A stretch of 58,359 nucleotides of DNA, filler included, from Jimgerdemannia flammicorona (lineage: Eukaryota), in assembly GCA_003990765.1 (NCBI GenBank). It is 3 parts of 3 records of this genome, joined end to end, with 100 filler letters (N's around TTAATTAATTAA, not from the genome) between each part and the next. Parts side by side here need not be neighbours in the genome. Positions count along the whole stretch, not along the records: positions 19,499 to 38,881 come from RBNJ01001952.1; positions 38,982 to 58,359 come from RBNJ01001953.1; 1 more part is not named here. One strand, given 5' to 3'. The notes under the pieces are model-generated. The model was not told the DNA's origin and did no database searches. It saw nothing but the letters and a program-made list of their open reading frames with translations. How positions within the stretch are numbered: position 1 is the stretch's first letter; each line of letters opens with the position of its first letter. Positions 35,246 through 49,523 of the stretch are shown here, piece after piece. The translations under genes were made by a program, and so were the position numbers.

Positions 35246-38200
35246 TTATATATAGAATCTAAAATAATTGATTTTTGTTTTATTAGAGGATACTATATAC
35301 TTCTAATCACCTAATATTAGTCTGTTCTATATAGTATCTATTAATTCTCCTATTATTCTTATATATATTTTTAATACTATAATAATTTATATAATGTGAT
35401 GATTGATCCAAATTAGTAATATAAATCAGGAGAATAGATATTTCATCATAGTACCTGAATCTGATTCCCAAATATAGTATAGTCTTATAAATAGAGTTAT
35501 AGTATTTTGCAAATGTTAAAGTTTTTATGAATATTAAACTCTTTGCAAATATTAAAGATCTTATAGATATTTAAGTTTAGTAATCATCAAAGCTTTAGCA
35601 GATATCAAGGATTTAATACTTGTAAAAAGTAACTTATAACTTAGCCACTCTATAGCTAGCAAACTTGTATAAATATCTCCAGTATTTAGAGTAAATAAAA
35701 CCTCAGATTGAAATAGTTCAAAGTAAGAAAAAAGCAAGAAAACTAATAAGCTTGTAAACAGATACACTTTGAACTCACCCACTTCTGTATCTTGAGGACT
35801 CTGCAGAGTCAAAGAAGATCAAGTTTTCAAGATACAGAAATTCAACATACTTACAAAGTTATATATCTGCTATATTATAACTTAGTATCCATTAGCTAGT
35901 AATTTAAGATAAATTCCTCACTTTCAAACTGAATAATGAACAACTGCTACCACTTAAATAATTATATAAATCAAATCAAGATATCTAGACAAGATGAATA
36001 TGAGACTATCAGTATTTCATAGATATACTTTAGATGAATTTATCATTATATTCATTGATAATTTCAAATAGTATACTACTATAAGAACTCTAATAGTAAG
36101 ACAGCAAGTAATCCTTATGTTCTTTAGTCTCTAAGAACTAGTAAGAGTAGTATTCATAAATGCAACTCATGTAAGAAATGATGATGATACTATGCTAGCA
36201 GTATAGAAGGCCTGGCTTCAAACCACCTACTATATAGATGAGATTAAGTAAGCTCTAAAGGATCAGCTCAATATAATATACTAAGAAATAAGTGAAGATC
36301 TAAATATATTCTATACTAGAATCTGATATTAGATAATTCTTACTAATTATACTGATGCTATCTGAGATTAAGTAGCTGAAGTAACCTTTATGAAAGAAGT
36401 TTATCTAGAGATAATCATAACTATCTGCTTATTACCAGTAGTCCTAGATCTAGTATAAAAGCTCACCTATGTATGCCTAGTGATATTAGATAGTCAGATA
36501 TCTATAAGATTACATAATAGAAAGAGTTACTAGAGTCAGAATCAAAGCATTTAAGATAATTAGCATAATTCCTATCACAGTAATCAATTGAAATACATCT
36601 CAGCTAAGAGCTACTGAGTAGCAGAGAAATAGTGACCCTATGGAGGATCTTATCAAGAAGTTTGCAAAAATGACTACCTATCTCAGAGATATGATAAAGA
36701 AAATTAGAGAAAGAGACTGTCACCCAGTTTAGAAGTTTGTCACCACCTCAGATAAGAAGAGAGATACCTACTATACTTGTGGAAAAGAAGGCCACTACTT
36801 ATATAAATATATGAGTAAGATAAAGTACAAAGCTCAGCTAAGCAATACTATAAGAAATAAGGAATAGACTAATATTATTACCTTCAAAGAAATTGGAGAA
36901 TTGGATGAGGAAGCCTATCCAGCTGAGACTGTCAAGAAGAATATTTACAAGCAACCCTATAAGAGATCATCAGGGAGACCCAAAAAGAACTCTGTGGAAA
37001 AACAGATAAAAACTGCTATAGAAAGCCAAGATAAAGAAATGGATCAAGATATAGAGCTAGATCAGACTGTTCAAGATATCATTTAAGAAACTACTCTGGC
37101 CAGTAAAGGAGAAAAGAAGAAGAAGCTTTACAAGATCAGAACCTTCAAGTATGACATCTTCAAGGACCTCAGTCAATAAAAGGTCAATACAACCTTTGGC
37201 CAGTTGGTAGAAATACTCATATTTAGACAGCAAATAAGATATGAACTTGCTGAGACAACTAAGAAATAAAGATAGATGATAACTGAGGCCAATAATGTTC
37301 AGAAGAACTCTGAAAAAGAGAGTAAAGATAATTGCAAAATATCTGTCTATGCAATCTGTCCAATTGAAGATAGAATCTTTGAAGCCATCATTGATACTGA
37401 AGCAGGAGGATACCTTCTCAGCAAGAAAGCAGCAGACTGCCTAGATTGAGAGATTGAAGATGCAACCAAATTAGTATTCATTACAGTAGATAGTATAAGA
37501 GCCATATCTCTAGAAAAGATCTGAGATATCTCTATTAAGTTTGGAGGAGCAACTATCCCAGTAGATATAATTGTAATCAATACTATCAACTATGATATCC
37601 TCATCAGCAACTAGTGGCTTCATAAAGCCAGAATAATAATTGACCTTAATGTCCAGAAGATACAGATTATCTATCAAGATTAAAAGATGTAAATTTCCAT
37701 CAATATTAATAAAGAAGTGCTGTCTGAGATAGAGAAAGAAGAAAGTGAGCAAGAAGAAGTCTATATAGTGATTACTCAGATAAAGAAAAAGAAAGTCAGA
37801 TAAATTAGTAAAGAAGAATATTATAAAAGAATTATTAAAGGATATGTATCACAAGAAGTCTGCCCTCACAGAATTAAGATGTACTATATGAAACATATTG
37901 ATAATTGCTATCAGTATATTAATGGAATTAAGAAATCTACCAGAAAAGAAGACAGAAGGTACTTGAAAAACAGACAAGGCAAGAAAAGAAGTAGGAAGAG
38001 AATGATAAACCACTAGCCCTCTTAGAGAACAGTGATGATGAAGAAGAAATTGAGGTCAGGATTTGAAAAATCTACTCTAATACAGTTCTACTGAAATATA
38101 AGTTAGAGAATACAGCTGGAATAGATATTACCACAGTAGAGAAGACCATACTTGAGCCTCAGACAACTACCCTACTTGCAATCAGTCTGGAGATGACCAT

Positions 38201-38677
38201 CTCAAAAGATCATATCAGAATCCTCAAGACAAGAAGTAGTCTGACCAAGAGTGAGATTACTATTAAAGGAGACATTATTGATTTAGATTATATTGGAGAA
38301 ATACTACTTATTGTTAGGAACTACAACCCTATACTTTTATTTCTAATTAAGAAGTAGGACTGATTGGTACAGATATTGATCTTTCTAGTTCTTCAGCCAA
38401 AGATCATAGAAGTCAAGAAGTTGGAGGAAACAGAAAGAGAAAAGAAAGAATTTAGATCTATAGAAAGAAGAGTATTTGTCAGTATCAAGATTACTAAACT
38501 GGATCACAAGAAGGAGGAAACTACAAACAAGTACAGCTATACTATTAAAAATGAATTTTTACTCAAGAAGGAACTCAAGAAGATACTCTATGAATTTGAG
38601 AATATACTGGTCACAGACTTCAAGAATATTAAGGAAAAGACTCTATACTACTATCATAATATAGACATGAGAGACAC
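35246..38677 (+). mobile_element. Diverged relative of the dUTPase gypsy family (copy 3): probable end of 5' LTR, PBS region, gag, PR and dUTPase; truncated before RT
   Basis: 35880-35945 matches the PBS/leader of copy 1. Motifs ALKDQLNII, YTCGKEGH, AIIDTEAGG, CPHRIKMY, AGIDI and TRSSL are present. Heavily mutated; the left boundary is uncertain. Confidence 0.85.
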
Positions 38678-38881
38678 CTGAGGTCTTGGGGGAATATTGG
38701 GCTGAGATAGGGGATAGATTGGGTATTGGGCGTAGGCGGGTGGGGGAGGGGGGTCACTGGGAGGACTTCCAATCTCGGCTTGTGGGTGGGGTTGGGGACA
38801 GTTGGCTCACTGTAGGATGGGTGTTAGCAGTGTGGGTGGGGTTGGCGGGACATTGGCTATTCATATTTGAGGAGGGGCAGC
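38678..38881 (+). mobile_element. 5'-truncated LINE fragment (ORF2 C-terminus), same family as 39300-43192
   Basis: WEDFQSRLVGGVGDSWLTVGWVLAVWVGLAGHWLF closely matches ORF 39594-39890 on the opposite strand. Confidence 0.85.
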
Positions 38882-38981
38882 NNNNNNNNNNNNNNNNNNN
38901 NNNNNNNNNNNNNNNNNNNNNNNNNTTAATTAATTAANNNNNNNNNNNNNNNNNNNNNNNNNNNNNNNNNNNNNNNNNNNN
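38882..38981. other. Assembly gap with artificial linker
   Basis: N-run, TTAATTAATTAA (38926-38937), N-run. Confidence 0.97.
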
Positions 38982-39299
38982 CGGGTTGAGCGGGTTGACT
39001 TACAATTTCTTTTTAAAGCCAGATTTTGATTTTTTGGCTTTGAAAAGTATGTCACAATACTATAGATTTAAGGCCAAAAGTATATGGATTTAAGGCCGAA
39101 ATTGTGACAGGCCTTAATATAAATATAAAAAATAGCGATAATTGATATAAAAAACTAATTTACTAAAATTTATAAACAATATCAAAAAAAAACTCTCTAT
39201 TTGATTAAACTCAATAGGATTTTCTATTAATTTATAATTTTTATTATTTTTTTATTAAGTACAATATAAAGTTATAATCAAAAGGTTGAGTATAAGTGT

Positions 39300-42200
39300 G
39301 GTGCACTATATACCTATCTATCCTCTATATAATACACAATGCCCCACCCCTACCTAATATCCCTAGGGACCCCCCTCCCCCCCCCTCTCCCCCCTACCCT
39401 CACTCCCTACCCTCTCTCAATAAAAGACCACTTTGTCAAACACTATTTCCACCCACCCACTACTCTGTCTACAGATCCCTTCTACCAAATGGCAATGTCA
39501 TCTACCTTGGAGACCCCAGCCCACTCACCACCCAGTCAATAGATCCCCCACCAACTCCTCTCATCTCAACAACTTCTTTTATATCTCTATCCATTACTCC
39601 TCCTCAAAAACAAAGAGCCAATGTCCAGCCAACCCCACCCACACTGCTATAACCCAACCTATAGTGAGCCACTCATTGCTGACACCTCCCACAAGTCTAG
39701 ATTCCAAATCCTCCCAGTGATCTCTCTCCCCATCTGGTCTCCTTTTGACACCTAGCTGGTCTTCTATAGCTATCCAAAAGTCCTCCAGAACCTTATACTC
39801 TCCCAGCCAATATTCCAGCATCTGTACAAATCCTCCCACCTGCTCTACATTATAACACTCCTCACAATCCAGGTGACCACCAGCCACCAAATGCCCAGCA
39901 TGGAAATTTAATATAATATTCCTCTACAGTATATACTACCATACTACCTAGAACTTGGGAGGAAGCCACCTCTGCACCTCAGCACTCTAAGTCCAGATAT
40001 CTGCCCAGTCCCACTCCTCTCCAATTCTCACTAGTGCTCCCAAATGAGTCGAATCAATTTGAATCGAATCAAAAGTTGAATCGAATTGAGGGTCTGATTT
40101 GAACCCTAATTTTCAAAATGAAATAACTCAGCGTAAACTCATCCAAATCTAACATACTTTAGCTTGTTATAATCACATTAATATGGTGAATCTAACAAGC
40201 TAAAATATATTAAATTTGGATGAGTTTTTGTCGAGTTATTACATTTTGAAAATTAAGGTTCGAATCGAACTTTGAATTGAATTGGACCTTTGATTCAATT
40301 CGAATCAAATTGAATTGGACCCTTGATTTGATTCATTGGGAGCACTAATCCTCACCACCTGCCAACTCCTTGGCCAAAGATCCTGGCCAAGTCCCTGCTG
40401 ATACTCCACTCTATCACCAATATTAAACTCAGTAAGTAGAACTCTCCCTAGAAGCAGATGGTCCCACCACCACATAGCAGGGCCCCACACTGCCTCCCCC
40501 TTATTGCCTTGCCAGCGCAGGCCTATCTGGTGTACTCCATCCACCACTCCCCACTAGAAGCCCTTATACCATAGCTGTTGGCTTCCATTTAGACCCACTA
40601 AAGATAGTAGATCTCCTGAGACCCCCCAGAGGGAGAATCTCATCTCTCATACCTTCTGCATCAGCAGCACCCAATCTCTGCCCTGTAGATCCATAGCTCT
40701 TTTCAACCACCAAGCTTGTAGGCAGTGTAGTTACTTAGGGAAATCAATAAGGCCTAGGCCCCCCCTAAGCACCAGCTCTACAAGGGTATCCCAACTGATC
40801 TGGGCCCTTCTTCCTGCCCAAATCCAATCCCTAGCCAGTTTTGTCAGCCTCTTCATCACCTAGGCTGAAAAGTCCAAGTGATATACCACATACCACAGTT
40901 GGGAAACTAGTAAATATTCAGAATCACTACCTGCCCTGTCAGAGAGATGTAATGATCTCTCTAACCTTTTAGAGCCTCCCTCCAAATGACCACTCTCCTC
41001 TCCCACCATATCTATGGCAGGACTGATCCATATACCGAAAGAAAAATATCTAAATACTGCACCACCTCTCCTGCTAGAACAATTGTTCTAATGACATCCC
41101 CTCCTACTAGTCCATTCCTCAACACCATCATCTCACACTTATGCCAGTTGAGTTTCACCCCAGAGTGAGCCTCATACCATTCTACTATTTCCTAAAGAGT
41201 CTCTACATCTGCTACTAATCCAAGTCTAACTACCATATTATTAGCAAAGGCCCCCACCTTCTACTCCACACCATATACAGAGAGCCTGACCACCTTCTGA
41301 TGGATTCTATCCATCAAAGGTTCTAGGAAGAGAGCATAAAGGATAGGAGATAGTGGGTCTCCTTGAGGAACTCCTCTTCTCAAGAGAAATGCCAAACCTC
41401 TATGACTATTACACATAATTGCCACCCTACTCCCCTCTAACAAATTCAGTATAGAAGTCTGAAACTGAGTAGGAACACCAATCCTGTCTAGTACCTTGCT
41501 CAGCCAAACCTGCCAAACATGGTCATAGACCTTCTCTTGGTCCAAAAAAACCAGTCTACCATCTAGTCTGCAAGCCTGGGCCCCTTCAATAATGTCATGC
41601 ACCCAGACAGTCCCATCTCTGATAAGTTTACCTCCTACAAAGCCCCACTGCTCCTCACCTAGCACCTGTTGAGCGACCCTCTGTAGCCTTGCAACAATCA
41701 CCTTAGTCACTAACTTCCAGTCTATATCCAGAAGCATGATCAGCCTCCAGTTCTTCCAATCCTCATGCCTGCCCTTATCTTTATACAATAGGGCCACCAG
41801 CCCTAAGTCCTGCTCTCCAACCCACACACCATATAGAAGGATATGGTCACAGAGGGCAGCCATCTCTCCCAGCACTCCAGGGACCTTTGCCATCTTCTTC
41901 CAGAAGTCCCATGGTAATCCATCCTCCCCTGGTGCTGTTCCAAGCTTAGTTGCTACCAGGACTCCTTGGATCTCCTCCTCTTGGACCAGTAGGATCAAGT
42001 CACCAAGTCTCTCCACCTGCAGTGGCTCCCACTCCTCCAGCATGTCACCAATTGCCTCTGCACCAGCACCCTCTTCTTCCTCACTCCACAGACCCCACCA
42101 TTTCTCCTTCAATACCTCCAAGATCTATTGCATGCTATGCACCAAATCCCCTTTATTATTAAAGACCCCATCCCACTGATACCTCACCCTCCTAGCTTTG

Positions 42201-43192
42201 AGGAGTCTAGACAAGTACCTAGTAGGCCACTCTCTCTCCTCAAGCCTCTACTATCTGAGCCTGGCAGCCATCTCTTGCATATGAGTCTTCTCCTCTCTTA
42301 GTACCTGTTGCAGTTCTACTACTTCCAATTTCGCCCACTCTAACCTCCAATCCTCAACCTCATCAGAAGTAAGCAAATCAGCCTATTCCATCTGCAATCT
42401 CCTCAGCTGATTTGAAGCACACTATACTTGCTTCCTCCTCTATCTCCCAACCTCTCTATCAGCTTCTCTCCAATAAACCCTCACAGCTTCCTTCAACTTC
42501 ATCCAACAAATACCCACAGACAAACCCTCCTGCCCCCAGAGAGGAACCTTCACCTGGATGTCCTCCACCTATGAGTCCCACAACTCCTTCTCATCCAGCA
42601 GAGAGGAGTTAAGGTGCCAATATCCAGGTCTATCTCCACTCCCCCCAAACTGCCCCTGCCCTAACAGTCTCTAGTGATCAGACCATAGGCACTACTCTAC
42701 CTCCAAAGTCTTCCAAACATCAGCCCCCCAACATTTGGCTGTCAGAATCCAGTCAATCCTTGTCCCTAAACCATTCACCCAGTGTGTGTAAACCCTGGTG
42801 TCACCCCACCATATTCTGCCCATATCCCCTAAGGATTCAAGATTCTCTATCTCCTCCCATATATCCAAACCACTACTTCTCCCACCAGCATTCCTCTCTC
42901 CATCAGTTCTGTCTAGTTGTGGATCCTGAACCATATTAAATCACTACTCAGAATATCAACACCTTTCTCCAAGAAAATACCCTCCTCTAGCAGCTTCTTA
43001 ATCCATGCAATTCTCTTACCTCTAACTGTCAGGTAGTAGCAGGAGCCAACTTTCACTGATTCCCACCCTGGCCAATGCTATTCTCCCCAGACCAGGCAGT
43101 CACCCCAGTTTCTGATTCCCTCTAAGTCTCCTCTACTACCCTTCTTTACCAAAATTGCCACTTTGCCAAACTAAGCCATAGCCCCACCCCAA
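39300..43192 (-). mobile_element. L1/Tx1-type LINE, 5'-truncated within the endonuclease, disrupted
   Basis: Endonuclease motifs DFN, TRIDWIL and SDH near 42680. RT motifs TAPGEDGLP, NWRLIMLL, QWGFV, LDQEKVYDHV and GVPQGDPLSP. C-terminal CxxC zinc-finger remnant near 39860. Confidence 0.92.
40032..40347. mobile_element. hAT-type MITE, copy B (316 bp), inserted in the LINE in opposite orientation to copy A
   Basis: TIR TAGTGCTCCCAA / TTGGGAGCACTA. 8-bp TSD ATTCTCAC/ATCCTCAC. Confidence 0.92.
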
Positions 43193-46100
43193 TGGTTCTT
43201 CTTACCTTACTATATGTATTGGTTCCTCCTAGGTATCCTTGCTCATATACTTCCTTCATTACTTGATACTTCTTGTGTTCAGATATTACTAGCTTTCCTC
43301 CTTTTCTGAGTATAGTGTTGTCTAGTTCAAACTTTTTTCAAGTCTGGTTGATGATGGTAATTGTCCAGGGTTTGAGGTGGTTGGGCATCTTCTGCTGTCC
43401 AAGATAGCTGATTAATCCATAGTATAGCTCCTTATTCATGTTGAATAGTCTTAATGGGGGTGTTTCAGAGTGTCCTTGAGAGTACATCGGCATTGGTATT
43501 GGTTTTTTCTAAGTAGTATTTGACAGTACAGTCATACTCTTGCAGCCTGTAGATCTATCTGGTATATATTCCTTTGGGGTTCAGAGTGTAGAATAGCCAG
43601 GTAAGAGTGGAATGGTCTGTTTGAATGGTGAAGTGTTTCCTGGCTAGGTAGTAGTGAAACTTGTCTACTGCCCAAACTACTGCTAAGTATTCAAGCTTGT
43701 ATGACTCATAGTTCTGTTCTGCTCTATAGGTATCTCAGCTTGCATAGGAGATAACATATTTATGTCCATCTTTCTTCTGGGCTAGGACTGCTCTAAGTTC
43801 TATAGTACTTACATCTATCTGTAGGATGAATTCTAGATTCCAATCTGGTCTTCTGAGGATAGGTGCTTGGGTCAATCTGGTCTTGAGTTTATTGAAGGTT
43901 TCTTGACATTTCTTGGTCCATATGAATTTGGTTTCTTTCTTCAGTAGCTCATAGATAGGTACTGCAATATTGGAATATCCTTTGATGAATCTTCTGTAGT
44001 AGCTGGTCAGTCCAAGGAAGGCATGGACTTCTGTGGTTGTTCTGGGTCTTAGGTAGGCTGTAATAGCCTCAATCTTCATAGAGTCTATGTGGATTCCAGT
44101 CTGATTGATGAGGTGTCCTAGATAGGTAATTTTCTGAGCTACAAACTTGCATTTCTTGGGCTTGATATAAAGGCCATGCTCCTTGAGCTTCTTGAGAGCT
44201 AGCTGTATATGATTGATATGTTTCCATGCAGTATTGCTGAAGATAATCACATCATAAATATAGACAAAGAACTATTTTCCAATCTCATTGCTGAAGACTC
44301 TGTTCATTATTTACTGGAAACTTGCTGGGGCATTGCATATTCCAAATGGCATTCGCAGGTAGATATAGGTGGCATCAGGTGTGATGAAGGCTGATTTCTC
44401 ACTGGCATCTTGAGTGAGACCAATCTGATGGAAGCCTGAGAACAGATCCAAGGTGGTGTAGTATTTGGCTTTGCTTCCAAGAGTGGTAAGGATTTCTTGA
44501 ATATTTGGCAAGGGCTGCCTATCCTTCTTGGTGATGGCATTGAGCTTCCTGTAGTCAATGCAGAGTCTTGGTGCAAACTCTCCAGGCTTGCTTCCTTTCT
44601 TTGGGGTGAGGATAATGAGTGAAGCCCAGAGACTGATAGCTTGCTTGATGATTTTAGCTTCTTCCATTTCCTTGAGTTCTGCTTACAGCCATTCTCTGTA
44701 GGTAGATAGTATAGGTCTGGCTTTCTGGTAGATGGGCTTGGTATCACCAGTATCAACTTTATGATAGTACTTGGGTTCTTGATTGTAGATATCTCTGAAG
44801 TCTGTAGCAAGTACTCCTTTGTTCTGGTGCAGGATCTTGAGAAGTTGTTCCTCTAGGGGAAAGTTTTCTCCAATAGTATATGTGTGCTTGTTCTGGTCCT
44901 TATCTTTCTTGTGTTCTAGTTCAGTAATCTTGGTAGCAGTATAGGCTCCTCTTCCAGTAGATCCAAAGCCTTATTCTCCTCTCTTGATCTTGATAAGTTT
45001 GATGGCTTTAGTGATTTTGGGTTTCTTGATTTCATGGATCAGTATCTGGCCAATTCTATCATACTTCTTGACTTCAAATAGGGTGGTGGGGTTGATTCCT
45101 GACTATGAGGAAGATCTCACCAGTGTAATCAGGGTCAATTACTCCTCCTTCAACTGAGATTTTACTTTTGGCCAGACTGCTCCTGGTCTTAATAATTCTG
45201 GTATAGTTCTCTAGTAGTTTGACTCCAATTCCAGTATTAAGTAGGGTGATGGTCTGTGGTTTGAGGGTAGTATCTTGAATGCTGGCAAAGTCCATTCCTA
45301 GCTCCTTCAGTCTTGTATTCTGAGATCTTGACTTTGGGGTAGAACTTCTTGGCCTTGAGGGTGATATCTGGTTCTTGTTCCTCCTCATCATCACTATCAG
45401 CTTGAAGCTCGGGGGGCTAGTCATCTTCTTCAGCTTTCCTTTTTGCTTCAGTGACTTCTTGCTCATGTTTCTGTTGGTGGATTTTCCTGACTTTACTGAT
45501 ACAGGACCAGTAGTTATTCAGGTATTCAGAGCAGTACATCCTAGTACTATGGGGGCATCTTTCTTGAGGGGCATAGCCATCAATGATCTTGTTGTACCAC
45601 TGCTCATCTGTGAGCTTGGGTGTCTTATTCTTGTTCTTGTTCACCAAGTACATGAAGACCTCTGTGTCCTCTTCATCTCCTTCCTCTATGTCTGATAGGA
45701 CTCCTTTATGGATATTAATAAAGACTCATACCTTTCTTCCTCTATAGTTGATCTGCATCTTCTGGGCATTGAGGTCAATGATGGCCTTGGCCTTGTGAAG
45801 CCATTGATTGCCAATGAGAATGTCATAGTTGGTGGTACTTATAACAATCACATCTACTGGGATGGTAGCTCCTCCTATCTTGATGGGGACTTCTTGGATT
45901 TTGCCAAGGGGGGTAGCTCATGTACCATCTGCTGTGACATAGACTATTTTGATGGACTCTTCAATATCCCAACCTAGGTGGTCAATTGTCTTCTTGCTCA
46001 TAAGGCATTCTTCAGCACTAGTATCAATAATGGCATCAAAGATATAGTCTTCAATCTAATATAGGGTATAGGCTGATGTCTTGTGCTGGTCTTTGGATTC

Positions 46101-49100
46101 TTCACCTGAGTTTTCAGATTCTTTCTGTATATTGTAAGCTTCTACAATCTTATACTCTTGATTCTTAGCAGTAGTTGTAAGTCCTACTCTCAACTGCTGT
46201 CTAAAGGTAGAGACTTTGGCTAGCTGTCCAAAAGTAGTATTGACCTTCTGTTCCTTGAGGTCCTTATAGATATCATACTGGTGGATCTTGGTCTTGCATA
46301 GCTTCTGTTCCTTCTTGCTTTTGCTTTCTTCTGAGACTAGAGTAGTGCCTTCAATAATTTGGTAGACAGCTTCATCTAACTCTATATCTTGATCAATCTC
46401 TTCAGATTGGATCTTGCTTTAAATAGTAACAGCTGGGGTCTCTTTGGTCTTCCAACTGGCTTTCTGTTGCTCTTCTTGTCATAGGGCTTGGACTGGGTTC
46501 TGGTACCTTCAGTAGCAGGGTAGAATTCAAGCTCTTCATAGTATTCTTTATCATCAGTATCACCAATCTCCTCAATGACTACTGCATTGATTTGTTCTCT
46601 GGTTCTACTAGCATTGCTTAGTTGGGCTTTGCATCTTGTTTTGGTCATACAATTCTTTACATAGTGGCCTTCTTCTCTGCATCTGAAGTTTGTGATATTG
46701 TGTTCTTCTGTAGCAGCTACAAATCTCTACACTGGTCTCCTATTGGTGCTTCAGACTTCTCTAATAACATCACCAAGGTGTGCAGTCATTTCAGTGAACT
46801 GCTTGACAAGTTCCTCCACTGGGTCAGCTTTGGCTATCTTGGAGATAGGTGGGGATAGTTGTCTGTTTACAACTATGGCAGGTATGATACTGGTTGGCTT
46901 TGATGACTTCATCTTGATGCTAGTTATTTTCTCTATTGAGTATTTGGTAGAGTATCTGATAGTTTAATATCTCTGTGCAAAGACCACTTTCTGATCAAAG
47001 GTCAGTGCAGCTAGAGTAGACCAGATTGCTAGGGCAATTTCAGAGTGAACTCCTTTGAGGAAGGTTGAATCTGCTATTTGTTCCTTGAGATGATCATCAT
47101 AGCCAGCCAAGACAATCTGGTGGCAGATTTGGGTATAGAATGAATTGGGATCTTCACTAAGTTCCTGGCAGATAGTATTGAGTTGATCCTTGAGAGCTTG
47201 CTTGATCTCTTCAGTATAGTATGTTGTTCTGAGGAAGGCCTTCATATTGGCAAGTTTGGCTGCACCATTATCAGCAATAGTAACTGCATTGAACTTATCT
47301 CTGGTAGGTCCTCTGAGGCTGACTGGTAGGAGGGCCAATTGTGCATCTACACCAAGGGCTTGTACCACAGCGAATTGTTCAAAGTCTTCAATGAAGGTCA
47401 GGATTGACTCTTCAGTAGTATATCCATAGAATGTGGGGGGATGCATTTCCATCTTGTCTTAAATTCTTGTAGGGGTGACTCTTGTAGTCAGAGTAGTTGT
47501 TGTAGGGTTGTTCATTTTTCAGCTTGAAAGTGAGGGATTCATCTTGAATCACCAGCCAATAGATATCAAGTTGTCATATAGTGGTCACTGAGTCCTTCAA
47601 ATATGCCAGATTCTCTTTGAGATATATCTCTTAGACTAACTCAAGTTTGTTATAAGCAAGTTCTTATTGGAGTGCCTTCCCAAGGTCTTATAGTTCTCAA
47701 ACTTCTTATCTTTAACTGTCTTGTTATCTTTTAGATTGCTTGCAAGGAAGTGTGTGTATTGTACTAAGTAGACTGACTTTATTTCAGAGGAAATAAGAGG
47801 GATATTTATATAAAATATAATTCAATGATTGCTAAGATATAAAGCTAAATATAAATTTCAATAACTAAAATAAAATGCCAGGATAGAAAAAACAGCTAAG
47901 TTCCAGGGTTGATACTGATGGTTGTACAGGTTCAGGATGTTAGTATAATTCAGTGTTACCTCAGAATGCTAGTGCTGGTATTATCTAGTATTACCTCAGA
48001 ATACTGGTGCTGGCATTATTCAGTATAACAAGAAACTTAGAGCAGAATGTTCAGGATCATGGGGGCTTCATCCTTGTCATCAGAGGTCAGGATGTCTTCA
48101 AAGGAGATGAGGTCTGCAAATGTTTTGTCAAGGTCATGTAGGTCATACATTTCATGTGCTTCGATGTCATGCAGGATGACATCATTGCCAATGATGTCAT
48201 CACATTTGGCAGTGGTGAGAACAAGGAGATCTGGAGCTCTCCAGTCTATGAGGTTCTCTTCTACAAAATAGAGGATAAATATGGGGTCTTAGAGAGGTCT
48301 AATTTAGATACTTGGGCCTTGGAATACTGAGATCAATCCTTGTAGAAATTGGTCTGGGTTGTCCTGAAGGATGGGATGCCAGAAGTCTTTTACTTCATCA
48401 CTGTCAAGAGTAATAGTGGACTGGGCTTCTGTAGCCACTCTGGCTTCTAGTACATTGATATAGCAGACTGACAGATCTCTGAAGTCTGAGACTCTAACAT
48501 ACTCTAAGTTGGGGATTGACCATGGTGCATGCCTAAAGATCTGATGGATCTTCTTAGCTATCCTTGTTTTGTGTATATCTATAAGAGTGGTATTTTGTAG
48601 CTCTTGAGTGCTGGCCTGTGGGAACTCCTAGCAGAGAAGGTTTTCTATTTCATACTCCTGCCACATTTGGAGGTATTTGGTAGTAATAGTGATCCTTGTT
48701 TCTATTTTATGGCAGTAGAGGATAAAGTAATAAGGGTCTATAGTACCAAGGTTGACACTAGGAGTTCTTCTTGAGTGGGTCCTCATGACTTTTCTGATAT
48801 CTTAGAACATTCTTTCTTTGACTGAGATGCCTTGGTGGTTTCTTGACCTTGAGGTTTGGTGGACAGCAAGTATTTTATTTATAGTAAGTCTTTGAGCTAT
48901 TTTGGGATTGGTGGGTCTTGTTGATTGCTACTACTGTAGTTCCTTGATTCTTCTTTTATATTCCTCGAGATACTCATACTATGGTTACAATGACTCACAG
49001 TCAGTCATTATTACTCATCTCATATATTATATAATCTTCTTGTGCTCCAATCTGGTAGCTTGCAAGGAAAGGCTATCTCCTGTACTAATGTCATCTTCTG

Positions 49101-49114
49101 GGGTCACTGTTATA
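43193..49114 (-). mobile_element. Gypsy-dUTPase copy 2: 5' LTR through RNase H, truncated at the start of integrase
   Basis: Collinear with 4960-10888. dUTPase GGVIDPDYTGEI (45074-45466). RT LDLFSGFHQI and RMPFG. Confidence 0.95.
47572..49114 (-). repeat. 5' LTR of gypsy copy 2
   Basis: tgtcatatagtggtcactgag...gggtcactgttata, with the terminal CA mutated to TA. Confidence 0.9.
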
Positions 49115-49492
49115 ATATCTTATAAATATATACTATATAATATATATTAGAAATATCAGATGATCAATCTAGCAATATAAGCAATATAGATATACCAACC
49201 ATGAGTATTCCAGCAATAAGAGTAGTTCCTATTATAAGTATAAAAATAGCTAGAGGGTCTATCTTGATCTTTGATGGAAAAGATTATACCATTTGGGTAT
49301 TCCATATGATGAATCTTCTAGATAAATGTGGCTTAGCTAAGTATATGAAGTCACAAGTACAGATTCAAGACTATAACTTTATAAATAATTACCAAGTATT
49401 ATATAAGATTATATTCATATTGTCAAACTTACAAATGAAGCTTGTAATATATACAGATATAGTCAACAAAGTATGAGAAGCTCTATGCAATC

Positions 49493-49498
<6 letters not shown>

Positions 49499-49523
<25 letters not shown>

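Noticed and set aside
38982..39115. Possible DNA transposon end (gatttaaggcc repeats, ...gtgacaggcc followed by TTA)
   Set aside because: Only one end is visible, at a contig edge; there is no partner TIR or TSD.
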